Assembly: GCA_963668675.2 (NCBI GenBank)
Contig: CAXXMB010000001.1
Span: 416,001 to 480,000 of the forward strand
Direction: 5' to 3'
Source of the DNA: an uncultured Desulfatitalea sp.
GTDB lineage: Bacteria > Desulfobacterota > Desulfobacteria > Desulfobacterales > Desulfosarcinaceae
DNA: 64,000 nt
Shown here: positions 18,835-28,930 of the stretch, piece after piece
Numbering within the stretch: the stretch's first letter is position 1
Layout: the number at the start of each line of letters is the position of its first letter
The notes under the pieces: generated by a model
Databases searched by the model: none
Told to the model about the DNA's origin: nothing
The model's input: only the letters and a program-made list of their open reading frames with translations
Made by a program: the position numbers and the translations under genes

Positions 18835-19863
18835 ATGCAATTAAAAATATCGTCGCAACCGCCCTCCCACTGGGACGCCATGATCTCCAGGTTCAACGGC
18901 AATATGTTCCATTCCCCGCAATGGGCCGCCTCACGACGTGCAGGCAACTGCCGGCCGCTCTATTTCGAACTGCACGACCGCCAGGACGATTGCCGTGGCA
19001 TCGCATTGGGCATTGAAACCCGGTCACCGGTGCCGATCGTCGGTCGCCTGTCCCGGCAGCTGGAATTTGAAACCTTCCCAGTGGTGTGCGACGATCGCAA
19101 CGATTTGCTACGCAATATGATGCAGAATATCATCTCAAGTGCAGCCGACAGGGCATGCCGGCGAGTTGTCTTCAACTCCTACATGAGCCGCACCGCCTTG
19201 CCGCGGTCCGTCGAGGTGGACGTCGACACCGAGGACCGAATCGAATTTGTCGTCAATCTCGCCCAGTCTGACGACGAGCTCGTGTCCAAAATGAGCAAGC
19301 ACCACAAACGGAAGCTGAAAAAGGCCTGCAAACACGATTTAACCTTCGAACATTACCAGGATCTCGACGCGATGCAGCAGTTCAGGAAGCTTCAGAAGCG
19401 ATCCCGCGATCGCCGCCTCGAACGGGGAGAAGAGATGGCCGTAATGGAAGACACATATTACGAAACATTAGGCAAACGCTACTTTGCTAATGATCTGGGG
19501 ACCGTATTCATGCTGACCAAGGACGGTACGCCCGTGTCTGCAGCGTTTGTAGCCCATTACGGTTCTCATGCACTTTACATGTACGGTGGCAGCAGCGATG
19601 CAGGGTTTAAGATGGATGCACCGCTTCTGCTTTTTACGCGAATTTTTGCGCACTGCCGCGAACAAGGGCGTCGCGTGTTCAATCTTGGAGGCGTACCGAT
19701 GCAGGCAAGAGAACCTGAAGCCCCTTCCCACGGTCTGTACCGGTTCAAAGACGGCTTCGGTGGTGAGCAGCGGTTCTGTGAAAATGTCGTGGCCCGTAAT
19801 TTGAACCCGGGCCGGGATAAGCTGTTTAATTTGGGCAAGCGCCTGTTCAGGCAGGTAAGATGA
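18835..19863 (+). CDS. FemAB/GNAT-fold transferase (second FemAB-like paralog)
   Basis: MFHSPQWA, ALYMYGGS, FNLGG, GLYRFKDGFGG. Confidence 0.8.
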   Translation: MQLKISSQPPSHWDAMISRFNGNMFHSPQWAASRRAGNCRPLYFELHDRQDDCRGIALGIETRSPVPIVGRLSRQLEFETFPVVCDDRNDLLRNMMQNIISSAADRACRRVVFNSYMSRTALPRSVEVDVDTEDRIEFVVNLAQSDDELVSKMSKHHKRKLKKACKHDLTFEHYQDLDAMQQFRKLQKRSRDRRLERGEEMAVMEDTYYETLGKRYFANDLGTVFMLTKDGTPVSAAFVAHYGSHALYMYGGSSDAGFKMDAPLLLFTRIFAHCREQGRRVFNLGGVPMQAREPEAPSHGLYRFKDGFGGEQRFCENVVARNLNPGRDKLFNLGKRLFRQVR

Positions 19864-19953
19864 GGGCGTAAGAGGTCGGCGGATACCTTGACCGACATGA
19901 TTTTCGACTTACTCTTGCTGACTAAGACTAACTGCGCACAAAGAGAAGGTGCT

Positions 19954-21177
19954 ATGAAAGATGCCACCCTGAAAATCAACGATACAAGTACACCGGTTGT
20001 GCTGCTGGGATGCAAGCTGGGTGCTCTGGCGATCATGCGCAGCCTCGGTTCCCAGGGGGTTAAGATATACGGCGTCGATGACGATCCCCAATCGCCGGCC
20101 CTGCGCTCCCGATACCTGTCGGAGAAGTACATCAAAGGCTTTAACGAAGAGGCGCCGCAAGACTACCTGCAGTTTGTCCTCAAGCTGGGTAGAACCCTTC
20201 CGACCCGGGCGGTCTTGATCCCGACCTCCGATGAACTGTCAGAGTTCGTAGCCGAAAATCGGGAAGCACTTAAGCGTTATTATCTTTTTCCGGATAACCA
20301 GATCGGTCTGGTCCGCGGACTGGCCAGCAAAAAGGAGATGTTCCGCATCGCCAGCGACGTCGGTATTCCGACCCCCCAAACCCTGTTCCCGCAAAATCCG
20401 GACGATGTGGCCGCCTATGCCGATCGTATCACCTTCCCAGTTATGCTTAAGGGGATATACGGCAACCGGTTGCACGAGAGAACCGGAAAAAAGATGGTAG
20501 ACGTCCACTCCAGGGAGGAGTTGATGCAGACCTACCTGGAGATGGAGGATCCCGACGAGCCCAACCTGATGATGCAGGAGTTGATCCCGGGCGGAGACGA
20601 TCAGGTGTATATCTTCAACGGTTATTTCAACAACGAGTCCGACTGCCTGGCCTCCTATACCGGTTATAAAGTGAGACAATGTCCGATTCATGTCGGCTGC
20701 GCCTCACTGGGAGAATGCCGATGGAACAGTGCCGTGGCCGCTTTAACGAAGAAATTCATGAAAGCCATCGGATATCGCGGCATCCTGGATATCGGCTATC
20801 GATTGGACCCGCGTGACGGTCAGTACAAAGTGCTCGACGTCAATCCGAGAGTTGGACAGGCGTTTCGGATCTTCGTCTCCCACAGCGGAATGGATGTGGT
20901 ACGGGCCCTTTATCTGGATTTGACAGGACAGCCGGTGCCCGAATCGCCGCCCAGGGAAGGGAGACGGTGGATCATCGAAGACTATGATTTTATCTTCTCC
21001 ATTCTTCCCTATTACCTGGAGGGATCTCTGACCATATCCCAATGGTTGAAGTCATTTAAGGGGCTGGAAGAGGGGGCCTGGTTCGACTCGCGCGACCCCT
21101 TGCCGTTTGTGAAGATGGGGCAGGGGTATGCCAAGCGTTTGATGAATTGGGGCCTGAAACGTCTGAATCCGCTATGA
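19954..21177 (+). CDS. ATP-grasp carboxylate-amine ligase (D-aspartate-ligase-like)
   Basis: RSLGSQGV, SRY, LIPTSD, FPVMLK, QELIPGGD, YKVLDVNPR, DPLP; ATG at 19954 after GAAGG. Confidence 0.8.
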   Translation: MKDATLKINDTSTPVVLLGCKLGALAIMRSLGSQGVKIYGVDDDPQSPALRSRYLSEKYIKGFNEEAPQDYLQFVLKLGRTLPTRAVLIPTSDELSEFVAENREALKRYYLFPDNQIGLVRGLASKKEMFRIASDVGIPTPQTLFPQNPDDVAAYADRITFPVMLKGIYGNRLHERTGKKMVDVHSREELMQTYLEMEDPDEPNLMMQELIPGGDDQVYIFNGYFNNESDCLASYTGYKVRQCPIHVGCASLGECRWNSAVAALTKKFMKAIGYRGILDIGYRLDPRDGQYKVLDVNPRVGQAFRIFVSHSGMDVVRALYLDLTGQPVPESPPREGRRWIIEDYDFIFSILPYYLEGSLTISQWLKSFKGLEEGAWFDSRDPLPFVKMGQGYAKRLMNWGLKRLNPL

Positions 21178-21248
21178 CAAACGAGGACGGCGCTGTGCTG
21201 CAGTATCGATCCGTAAATCAGCAGGCGTCAACCTTATTAGGAGTGCCA

Positions 21249-22616
21249 ATGAAAACCATCCAGCTGCGTACCGGCGTATGGTACAACGACCATCCCATCA
21301 ACCTGAACTTTCCCGACGAGTGGGATGTACAGGTCCACACCCCCGACACGCCTCGCGCGCTCGATGAAGCGGGCATCAGAAATGTTCTGGCCAAGCCGAT
21401 CGGCCAACCGCCTTTGCGCCGATTGGCCGAGGGGAAAAAGCGCCCTGTCATTATCGTCGATGATCTGGCCCGCCCGACGCCGGCTTTCAAGATCATGCCG
21501 TTCATATTGGAAGAGCTGCAGCATGCCGGGATCCCCGACAGCGATGTGCGCGTTCTTGTTGCAACCGGTACGCACGGACATCAAGATCCCGCTGCACTGC
21601 GCAACAAACTTGGATCCGAAGTGATGGACCGATGCCGCGTGATCATCCACGACGATCGCAACCGGCGCGAGCTGAAGTATCTGGGCAAGACCTCCCAAAG
21701 GTCACCAGTCTACATCGACCGCGAGGCAACCGACAGTGATCTGCTCATCGGTGTCGGCGGGGTCTATCCGCAGCACACGACCGGATTCGGAGGCGGCAGC
21801 AAGCTCTGCCTGGGCATTCTGGGCAAAAAGACCATAACGCATCTGCACTTTAAACATAAAGGCGTAGCGGGGACCTATAATATCGACAACACGTTTCGCC
21901 ACGAACTGGACGAAATCGCCCGTATGCTGGGATTGAGCACCATGTTTACCCTGCACACCAACGCCGACCTCGACCTCGTCCATCTCATGTGCGGCGATCA
22001 CTTCCAGTACTATGCCGATGCCGCCCGATTCTCCAGGGAGAGATATGACGCCCCCTATCCAAACGATGCGGATGTGGTGATTGCCAATACCTATCCGTCG
22101 GATATCTCATATACCTTCATGCGTAAAGCCATGAAGGTGATTCGATGCGCGCCGCCCGACGCCACCAAAATCGCCATCGCCTCCAACTACGAAGGGTTGG
22201 GGCTCCACGGCCTGTTCCAGCAAGGCCTGGGCGAACGGTTGCGGATGTACAAAGCGCTCTACCATCGCATTTCGGTAATGGAGCCCAAGGTTATTTTTCA
22301 GAAACTCCTGAAGCACCTGTTTCGAATCAACCCCAAAAATCATCCGGCCGAACATGCGGGACCCTCCCCGGAGCCCCCTGCCGAAAAAATGCTCATCTAC
22401 CGGCCGCCAGGACCGGAAACCGACATACCAACACTTCCAGGGGTGAACATGCTGAGTCGGTGGGAAGATATCGTCTCGCGTATCAAAGAAGAGCATCCGG
22501 GTAAAGATTCGATCACCGTGCGGGTCTACACCTGCGCATCGTTGCAATGCATCGACGCGGAGGATAAACCGCAAGCGGCATCTCCTCCGGTTTCAGCGAT
22601 GGAACACGCCCAATGA
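21249..22616 (+). CDS. larA: LarA-family (nickel-pincer) 2-hydroxy-acid racemase/epimerase
   Basis: IIVDDLARPTP, ATGTH, PQHTTGFGGGSK, ITHLH, MRKAM; AGGAG RBS before ATG 21249. Substrate not necessarily lactate. Confidence 0.8.
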   Translation: MKTIQLRTGVWYNDHPINLNFPDEWDVQVHTPDTPRALDEAGIRNVLAKPIGQPPLRRLAEGKKRPVIIVDDLARPTPAFKIMPFILEELQHAGIPDSDVRVLVATGTHGHQDPAALRNKLGSEVMDRCRVIIHDDRNRRELKYLGKTSQRSPVYIDREATDSDLLIGVGGVYPQHTTGFGGGSKLCLGILGKKTITHLHFKHKGVAGTYNIDNTFRHELDEIARMLGLSTMFTLHTNADLDLVHLMCGDHFQYYADAARFSRERYDAPYPNDADVVIANTYPSDISYTFMRKAMKVIRCAPPDATKIAIASNYEGLGLHGLFQQGLGERLRMYKALYHRISVMEPKVIFQKLLKHLFRINPKNHPAEHAGPSPEPPAEKMLIYRPPGPETDIPTLPGVNMLSRWEDIVSRIKEEHPGKDSITVRVYTCASLQCIDAEDKPQAASPPVSAMEHAQ

Positions 22617-24025
22617 AAAAAAAGATACTGCTCATCAGCTACCACTATCCGCCGAGCATGGCTGTGGGCGGATTACGGATTGCCAATTTCGCACGGTATC
22701 TTCCCGAGCAGGGTTGGCAGCCATACGTGCTGACCGTCGAGGACCGTTATCTGGAGCAGGTCGATCCAAATCGGCTGGTCGGTCTCGAACATGCGCCCAT
22801 CGCCAAAGCCCCTAAAGCGCCGACCGTGTCGGATCTCTATCTCTCCCTCAAATCCCGACTGGGAAGGCAAGAGCGCAAAACAGATGGAGCAGAGACGGTC
22901 TCGCTTGCAAAAGCGATATCACCGAACGCCGGTCGCAATGGCGCAGAGGGTGCAAAGCAGAAACTGAAGCGATACCTTTTCTCTTTACTGCTCAGCCTTC
23001 CCGACGGCGAACGCAGTTGGGTGGTGCCCGCGGTACTGAAAGCCCTTCGCGTCATAAAGAGAGAACGGATCTCCACTGTTTTGACCTCCTGCCCGCCATA
23101 TTCCGTCCATCTGATCGGATTGGCGCTCAAACTGATCACCGGTGTTCGCTGGGTGGCCGATTTTCGCGATCCCTGGATTACCGGGAGTCAAAAGCGACTC
23201 TACTACACGAGCCGTCTCTCCATGGCCATCGAGCGGCGGCTGGAACATTTGGTGTTGCGCAAAGCGGACCGGGTGCTGGTCAATACGGCGAACCTGACCC
23301 GATTGCTGTTGCGCACCCACGGTGATCTCAGCAGACGAAAAGTGATGCAACTCCCCAACGGTTTCAATCCGGACCGGTATCGACCCTATCGGCAGCAGGA
23401 AAAATATCGCCGCTTCACCATCACCTACGCCGGTTCGCTATATTTCGGCCGCACGCCGGAGCCGTTGTTCGAGGCCATAAAAGCGTTGATCGACGCCGGG
23501 ACGATCCGCCCGGAGCAAATCGGCGTAAAATTAGTCGGCCAGTGCGACCGAATCGAGGGGCGGGCGACGGAAGCGGTCATCTCCTGTTACGCATTGGAGG
23601 GCGTTGTGGATCTCATCCCGCCCGTGTCCTACGACGAGGCCATGACCATCGTCGCAAAGAGTCACCTCGCACTACTGCTCGCTCCGGATCAACCGTACCA
23701 GATTCCCGCCAAAGTCTTCGACTACTTTGGCGTCTGCACGCCGGTATTGACCTTTGCAGGCGAGGGCGCCACAGCCGATATCGTTCGATCGACCCGCACG
23801 GGAGAAGTCTTCTCCCCCAATGACATCGACGGTATAGCGGCTTTTCTTGCAAGCACGTTATCATCGTCCGTTGCAGCGGATCGCCCACAGGCATCAGCCA
23901 ATTTAAAGGCGTTGGATATCCGCCATATCGTATCAACACTGGCAATGCAGCTGAATGACATCTGCCGTTTCGAAACAAACAATCGCCGGGACATGGCGAT
24001 CGCCTTGAACCACAACCGATCATGA
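22613..24025 (+). CDS. Glycosyltransferase family 4
   Basis: ISYHYPP...GGLR, TSCPPYS, ADFRDPW, PNGF, YAGSLY, PAKVFDY. Confidence 0.88.
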   Translation: MKKKILLISYHYPPSMAVGGLRIANFARYLPEQGWQPYVLTVEDRYLEQVDPNRLVGLEHAPIAKAPKAPTVSDLYLSLKSRLGRQERKTDGAETVSLAKAISPNAGRNGAEGAKQKLKRYLFSLLLSLPDGERSWVVPAVLKALRVIKRERISTVLTSCPPYSVHLIGLALKLITGVRWVADFRDPWITGSQKRLYYTSRLSMAIERRLEHLVLRKADRVLVNTANLTRLLLRTHGDLSRRKVMQLPNGFNPDRYRPYRQQEKYRRFTITYAGSLYFGRTPEPLFEAIKALIDAGTIRPEQIGVKLVGQCDRIEGRATEAVISCYALEGVVDLIPPVSYDEAMTIVAKSHLALLLAPDQPYQIPAKVFDYFGVCTPVLTFAGEGATADIVRSTRTGEVFSPNDIDGIAAFLASTLSSSVAADRPQASANLKALDIRHIVSTLAMQLNDICRFETNNRRDMAIALNHNRS

Positions 24026-24035
24026 TGGGGTGCGT

Positions 24036-25250
24036 ATGGATGTTCTTGTCACCGGAGCGGATCAGCGGCAAAGTCTGACCGTCATTCGTTCGCTCGGAAA
24101 GCACGGGGTAAAAGTGGTCGCAGCGGGTCCCAATGAAGGATCGTTGGGGTTCCGATCACGCTATGCCACAGAAAAATGGATTTATCCAAACCCGTACCGG
24201 GATCCGAACGGATTCATAAATTCCATTATCGATGCGGTTCGCACCTTCAAGGTGCCGATGATATTCCCCGTGGTCGAATCCACACTGGTTGTGATCAATC
24301 AATTCAGAGAAAGAATCGAGCGCGAAGCCGCCGTAGTGGCGGCCTCAAGGCAGGCCGTGGACTTGGCAATGGACAAGGACCGCCAGTTCAGCATTGCAGC
24401 CGACCTTGGAATCCGGGTGCCGCTGACCATAGCGCCCGATTCAATGGCCACTGCCCAACAGCAGATCAAGGGGCTGCAGTTTCCGGTGGTGGTCAAGGCC
24501 AATGTCAAACCCCAGGAGGAAGACAAGGCCGCCGACATCCTCAAAGTCTCCTATGCGGACGACTGGCCGGAACTGGAGCGCCTGTTGGCGCCTTACTACC
24601 GGGCTGGTGTGCTGCCCATTATCCAGGAATTGATTTTCGGCGACGGCATCGGATGCGGTGTACTGATGGACCACGATCGCGCCTTGTGCTGCTACCAGTA
24701 TCACCGGGGCCGTGAAAACCACCCCACCGGGGGCGTGCCCGTGCGCTACGAGAGCATGCCCATGTGGCCCGAAGTACGGGAGCAGTCTGTTCGTATGCTC
24801 CAGGCCATGGACTGGCACGGCATCGCCCAGGTTGAGTGGAAGAACATCATCGGCACGCGGGAGATGGTGCTGATGGAGGTCAACGGACGCTTCTGGGCCT
24901 CGCTCCCGGGAGCGGTGCACGCCGGCATGGATTTCCCCGCCTGGCTCTACGACCTCTGGCGGGGTGAAACGGTGAACTGTCACGAGGACTATAAAATCCC
25001 GGTGGCCAGCCGCCATCTGACCGGTGACCTGGACCGCCTGGAGATGGTGCTCCGGATGCCATTGCCGGTCAGTACCGTGCCCATCGGCCCGAAACACCGG
25101 GAACTGATGGCCTTCATGACCGACTTCTTCCGTTGGCGTGTTAAATCCGATGTCTTCGCCTGGAGCGATCCACTGCCGGGGGTTCGGGAGGTTTGGGATA
25201 TCGTGAAGAAGTATGCAAGGCGTTTTTCAGGGAAGTTTATACGGCGATAG
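24036..25250 (+). CDS. ATP-grasp ligase (third ATP-grasp paralog)
   Basis: IRSLGKHG, SRY, FPVVVK, IIQE, MEVNGRFWAS, AGMDFP, DPLP; start could be the GTG at 24030. Confidence 0.82.
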   Translation: MDVLVTGADQRQSLTVIRSLGKHGVKVVAAGPNEGSLGFRSRYATEKWIYPNPYRDPNGFINSIIDAVRTFKVPMIFPVVESTLVVINQFRERIEREAAVVAASRQAVDLAMDKDRQFSIAADLGIRVPLTIAPDSMATAQQQIKGLQFPVVVKANVKPQEEDKAADILKVSYADDWPELERLLAPYYRAGVLPIIQELIFGDGIGCGVLMDHDRALCCYQYHRGRENHPTGGVPVRYESMPMWPEVREQSVRMLQAMDWHGIAQVEWKNIIGTREMVLMEVNGRFWASLPGAVHAGMDFPAWLYDLWRGETVNCHEDYKIPVASRHLTGDLDRLEMVLRMPLPVSTVPIGPKHRELMAFMTDFFRWRVKSDVFAWSDPLPGVREVWDIVKKYARRFSGKFIRR

Positions 25251-25327
25251 GCTCGAAGGGCTCGTGAAAGTTGTTTGTCAGGAAAATCCGAAACATTAAA
25301 AACCCATCCTATCCACAAGGAATCGAC

Positions 25328-26776
25328 ATGTCACTATATGCAAGCTTTGTCAAAAACGTCACACTTCCGTTCTACGAACGCCGGCGCGGGTCTGATCTGT
25401 TGCAGCGCATGGGCGGATTCGAACAGTCCCAGTGGATGAGCACCGAGCAACTGAAAAGCCTGCAGTTCGAAAAACTGCACAAACTGCTCAAACACGCCTA
25501 CCAGCATGTACCCCTTTATCGTGAAAAATTCGATTCGATCGGCGCCGTACCGGAAGACTTCACTTCTTTAGAGGACTTCTCAAAATTTCCGACCCTGGTG
25601 AAGAAGGAGCTTCAGGAGCGTCTTGACGATTTGACCGCCACAAATGCCGATCCTCAAAATCTGCTCAAAGGCATAACCAGCGGTTCATCCGGGCAGCCCA
25701 CGATCTATATTCAGGAACGCTCTTCCAACAGAGACCGTGTGGCCGCCGGCAAGCGCCTGACCGGAATCGCAGGTTGGGACGTGGGATTGCGCCTATTTTA
25801 TCTTTGGCGGGACAGCCCCTACCAGATCGAGGACGGCAAGATCACTGAAGTTGATATACATGCCCATCAATCCGGTTCGTTACTCGGCAGGCTGAAGCGC
25901 GCCATTCACGATCGGTACGGCGTTGTGAATCCAACCCTGCGGGTCGACCCAACCATGATGACCGAATCCGAAATGGCCGAAATGTTTCAGCGACTAAAAC
26001 GCTTCAAGCCGGATGTGATCATCAGCTATGTCAACACCCTATACCGGTTTGCGCAATTCATGGACGCAGAAAATCTCAGCGGCATCCGTCCCCGGTCAGT
26101 GATCGTCTCGTCCGAGTCGCTCTATCCCCATCAGCGCAAACTCATGGAGAAGGTCTTCAGCGTCCCGGTGTACAACCGTTACGGACTGAGCGAAACTGGC
26201 ATCGTGGCCATCGAGTGCCCCGAGCGAAACGGCCTGCACATCAACCAGGAGATACTTCACATCGAATATTTGCCGACCGTTTCCGAAACCCAGCAGATCG
26301 TGGTCACCGACCTTGTTAACTACGGCATGCCCATCTTGCGTTACGAAACCGGCGATACCGGCGTGCCGGTAGCCGGTACATGCGCCTGCGGACGAGGTCT
26401 CGAACGCATCGGCAATCTGGAGGGGCGCGTCATCGAGCTTTTGCCCAGCAAGCTGGGCGGGCATGTCAACGGGCAATTGTTTGCCACTTTTCACTGGATC
26501 GAGGGCGTCAAGCAGTACCAGGTCATCCAGGACCGCATAGAGGCCTTCCGCATCAATATCGTTCGCACCGACCGCTATAAAGAGGCTAATCTCGATCCCA
26601 TGGTGACCACCATTCGGGAAAAGTTCGGGACAGACACCCATATCGACATCAACTACATGGATGTGATTCCATTCACCAACGGCGGAAAGTACAAATTGGT
26701 CGTATCCAATATCAAGCCGAACACCGATCAAATGGAAGCCGATAATCTATCCTCGGAAAACAAATTGGCCGGCTGA
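25328..26776 (+). CDS. Phenylacetate-CoA ligase/CapK-like adenylate-forming enzyme
   Basis: HVPLYRE, TSGSSGQP, YGLSE, MPILRYETGD, CACGRG, EGR, GGKYK; AAGGA RBS before ATG 25328. Confidence 0.85.
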   Translation: MSLYASFVKNVTLPFYERRRGSDLLQRMGGFEQSQWMSTEQLKSLQFEKLHKLLKHAYQHVPLYREKFDSIGAVPEDFTSLEDFSKFPTLVKKELQERLDDLTATNADPQNLLKGITSGSSGQPTIYIQERSSNRDRVAAGKRLTGIAGWDVGLRLFYLWRDSPYQIEDGKITEVDIHAHQSGSLLGRLKRAIHDRYGVVNPTLRVDPTMMTESEMAEMFQRLKRFKPDVIISYVNTLYRFAQFMDAENLSGIRPRSVIVSSESLYPHQRKLMEKVFSVPVYNRYGLSETGIVAIECPERNGLHINQEILHIEYLPTVSETQQIVVTDLVNYGMPILRYETGDTGVPVAGTCACGRGLERIGNLEGRVIELLPSKLGGHVNGQLFATFHWIEGVKQYQVIQDRIEAFRINIVRTDRYKEANLDPMVTTIREKFGTDTHIDINYMDVIPFTNGGKYKLVVSNIKPNTDQMEADNLSSENKLAG

Positions 26777-26972
26777 GAACCCTTCCCCTTGCCTTAAGCC
26801 CTTTCACTACTTAGCTTTGCCCACAAAAACATCGACGGCGTCCAACGCCTGGTGAATCTGTGCTCTATTGAATCTGCACGGGACCGTACCGACATCATTC
26901 AGCGACTATCACGCCCAGTGTGATTCGTAAGAGCCGTTTTCACAACGGTAAATAGAAAGAGATGGTAGAACT

Positions 26973-28526
26973 ATGAAAAGTAATTCAAAGAAATATGCCG
27001 TTGCCATTTTAGCAGCATTGATATCGGTGATTTCCCCTTCCTTGGCCTTTAGCGCTATTCTAAATGTTCCAACCGTGGCCTATCCCACAATCCAGGATGC
27101 GATTGATGCGGCAAATCCGTCGGACGAGGTTGTCATCGCGGACGGAACCTATACCGGCGCAGGCAATATCAATCTGGATTTCGGTGGCAAAGCCATTACC
27201 GTGAGATCGGCAAACGGCCCGTCGGCGGTAACCATAGATGTCGGGGGTGTGTTCGGCAATCGCGGCGTTATTTTTCAATCGGGAGAGGGCCGCGATTCGG
27301 TGCTGCAGGGAGTTGCCATCGAGAACGGCAACGCTGATTTCGGCGGCGGCATCCGTATCACCCAGGGGTTTGCCATGACAACAGCCTCTCCCACCGTCAG
27401 GAATTGTATCATTCGCAACAACACGGCCGTGCAGGGCGGCGGCGTTAACATCTCCGGGCCCGATGCTTCACCGTTGTTTGTCAATGTGGTCATTTCGGGA
27501 AACAGCGCCATCGCCGTACTGAACGCACAGGGGGGAGGGGGGCTGCGCGCAGCCAGAACTACCGGCGTCACCACGGTGACGATTGAGGACAGCACCATCG
27601 ACGGCAACACCAGCTCGGCCAGCGGCGGTGGTATTCTCATCGATCGTGCGACCCTGAACTTAAAAAACGCTACCATATCCAACAACGAGACCACCGGCTT
27701 CAATGGCGGCGGCATTGCCGTGTCCGGCCTTCTTGCCGGAGACCTCACCAATGGTCAATTTGCCAACGCCTATATCCATAACTGTGTGATCTTCGGAAAC
27801 AGCGCCTGGCAAAAGGGCGGCGCTTTGCGGTTTAATCATGTTCTTCCAGCCAACACACTGGAAGTGGTCAACACGCTGATCTATGATAATACCTCCAGCG
27901 CATCCGCCCCGCCCGACGGTGCAGGCAACGGGGCTGCGGTTGACGCATGGCAGGCATCTCCCTTTTTATTTAACTGCACTGTGACGGATAATGTTGACCT
28001 GGCCAACAATAGTATCTTGTTTGCGCACACAGACGGCCCCCCCAATCTGGCACTACCCATTGCCGTTATTACTATCGGGAACAGCATTGTTTATGGTAAC
28101 ACGGGCGCCCAATTGGCAGAAGCACTAGACATGTCTTCTTTCTTTTTGATTGGCTATTCTGTCGTAGACGATCCGGCAAATTACCCTGCCGGCGTTGATG
28201 GCAATATCAATAGTGACCCTTTGTTTGTCGATGCGGCAAGTGACGACTACCGTCTCCAGGCAGTGTCGCCAGCCATCGATGCCGCCGACAATTCTTCTAT
28301 ACCGGCCGACAGTCTGGATTTGGACGATGATGGAAATACTTCAGAACTCATCCCTGTAGATATAGACGGCAGTCCCAGAAGATCAGATAGAACCGATATT
28401 GCTGACACCGGAATTGGAACAGCCCCTATCGTGGATATGGGGGCGTTTGAAAAACAGGAGATCACTGGTGGTGGCGGAGGCGGCGGTGGCGGCGGAGGCT
28501 GCTTCATCACCACACTTTTCTACTAA
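26973..28526 (+). CDS. Secreted right-handed beta-helix (pectin-lyase-fold/Pmp-like) surface protein with Gly-rich Cys C-terminal tail
   Basis: Signal peptide, YPTIQDAIDAA, repeated GGGI/GGAL motifs, SPAIDAA...VDMGAFE (choice-of-anchor-Q-like), ends G10-CFITTLFY. Confidence 0.75.
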   Translation: MKSNSKKYAVAILAALISVISPSLAFSAILNVPTVAYPTIQDAIDAANPSDEVVIADGTYTGAGNINLDFGGKAITVRSANGPSAVTIDVGGVFGNRGVIFQSGEGRDSVLQGVAIENGNADFGGGIRITQGFAMTTASPTVRNCIIRNNTAVQGGGVNISGPDASPLFVNVVISGNSAIAVLNAQGGGGLRAARTTGVTTVTIEDSTIDGNTSSASGGGILIDRATLNLKNATISNNETTGFNGGGIAVSGLLAGDLTNGQFANAYIHNCVIFGNSAWQKGGALRFNHVLPANTLEVVNTLIYDNTSSASAPPDGAGNGAAVDAWQASPFLFNCTVTDNVDLANNSILFAHTDGPPNLALPIAVITIGNSIVYGNTGAQLAEALDMSSFFLIGYSVVDDPANYPAGVDGNINSDPLFVDAASDDYRLQAVSPAIDAADNSSIPADSLDLDDDGNTSELIPVDIDGSPRRSDRTDIADTGIGTAPIVDMGAFEKQEITGGGGGGGGGGGCFITTLFY

Positions 28527-28552
28527 AGAATAGTTGCAGAAACAAAACTACG

Positions 28553-28900
28553 GCTGGGCTCCGGCTTTCGCCGGAGTGACGGACCCATCTGAATACTTGT
28601 CATAGGCTGGTTCAAGTCTTCCGAAATGATGGCAAAAGAATTGCTGTTTATATTCAATGTCATTAACTCACGCGGGTACAGTGGGCGGGCATAAAGCCCG
28701 CCCCTAAGAAAATTTGTACAAGCAAAGCGGTTGGTACCCGAGAGCCATGCAGGGGCGGGGTTTATCCCCGCCCGGATCGAGAGTGAGAACCCAAAGCTAA
28801 TGACATTGGTTTCAAATTTTGAATTTCGGTCATGCGAATTTGTTTCAGATTTCGATATTCGAATTTCGGATTTCCTTCAAGATATTCGAATATCGAATTT
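28553..28900. repeat. Intergenic repeat stack: family A palindrome, GTAG-type REP pair (28683-28706, 28749-28773) and family C right arm
   Basis: ctccggctttcgccggag; gggcgggcataaagcccgccccta; gcaggggcggggtttatccccgccc; tttcgatattcgaatttcggattt. Confidence 0.75.
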
Positions 28901-28930
28901 ACTATCTATATATAATTCCAAGGTGATCCA

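Noticed and set aside
26850..26864. Sigma-54 promoter upstream of the beta-helix gene
   Set aside because: GG-to-GC spacing is 9 nt rather than 10.
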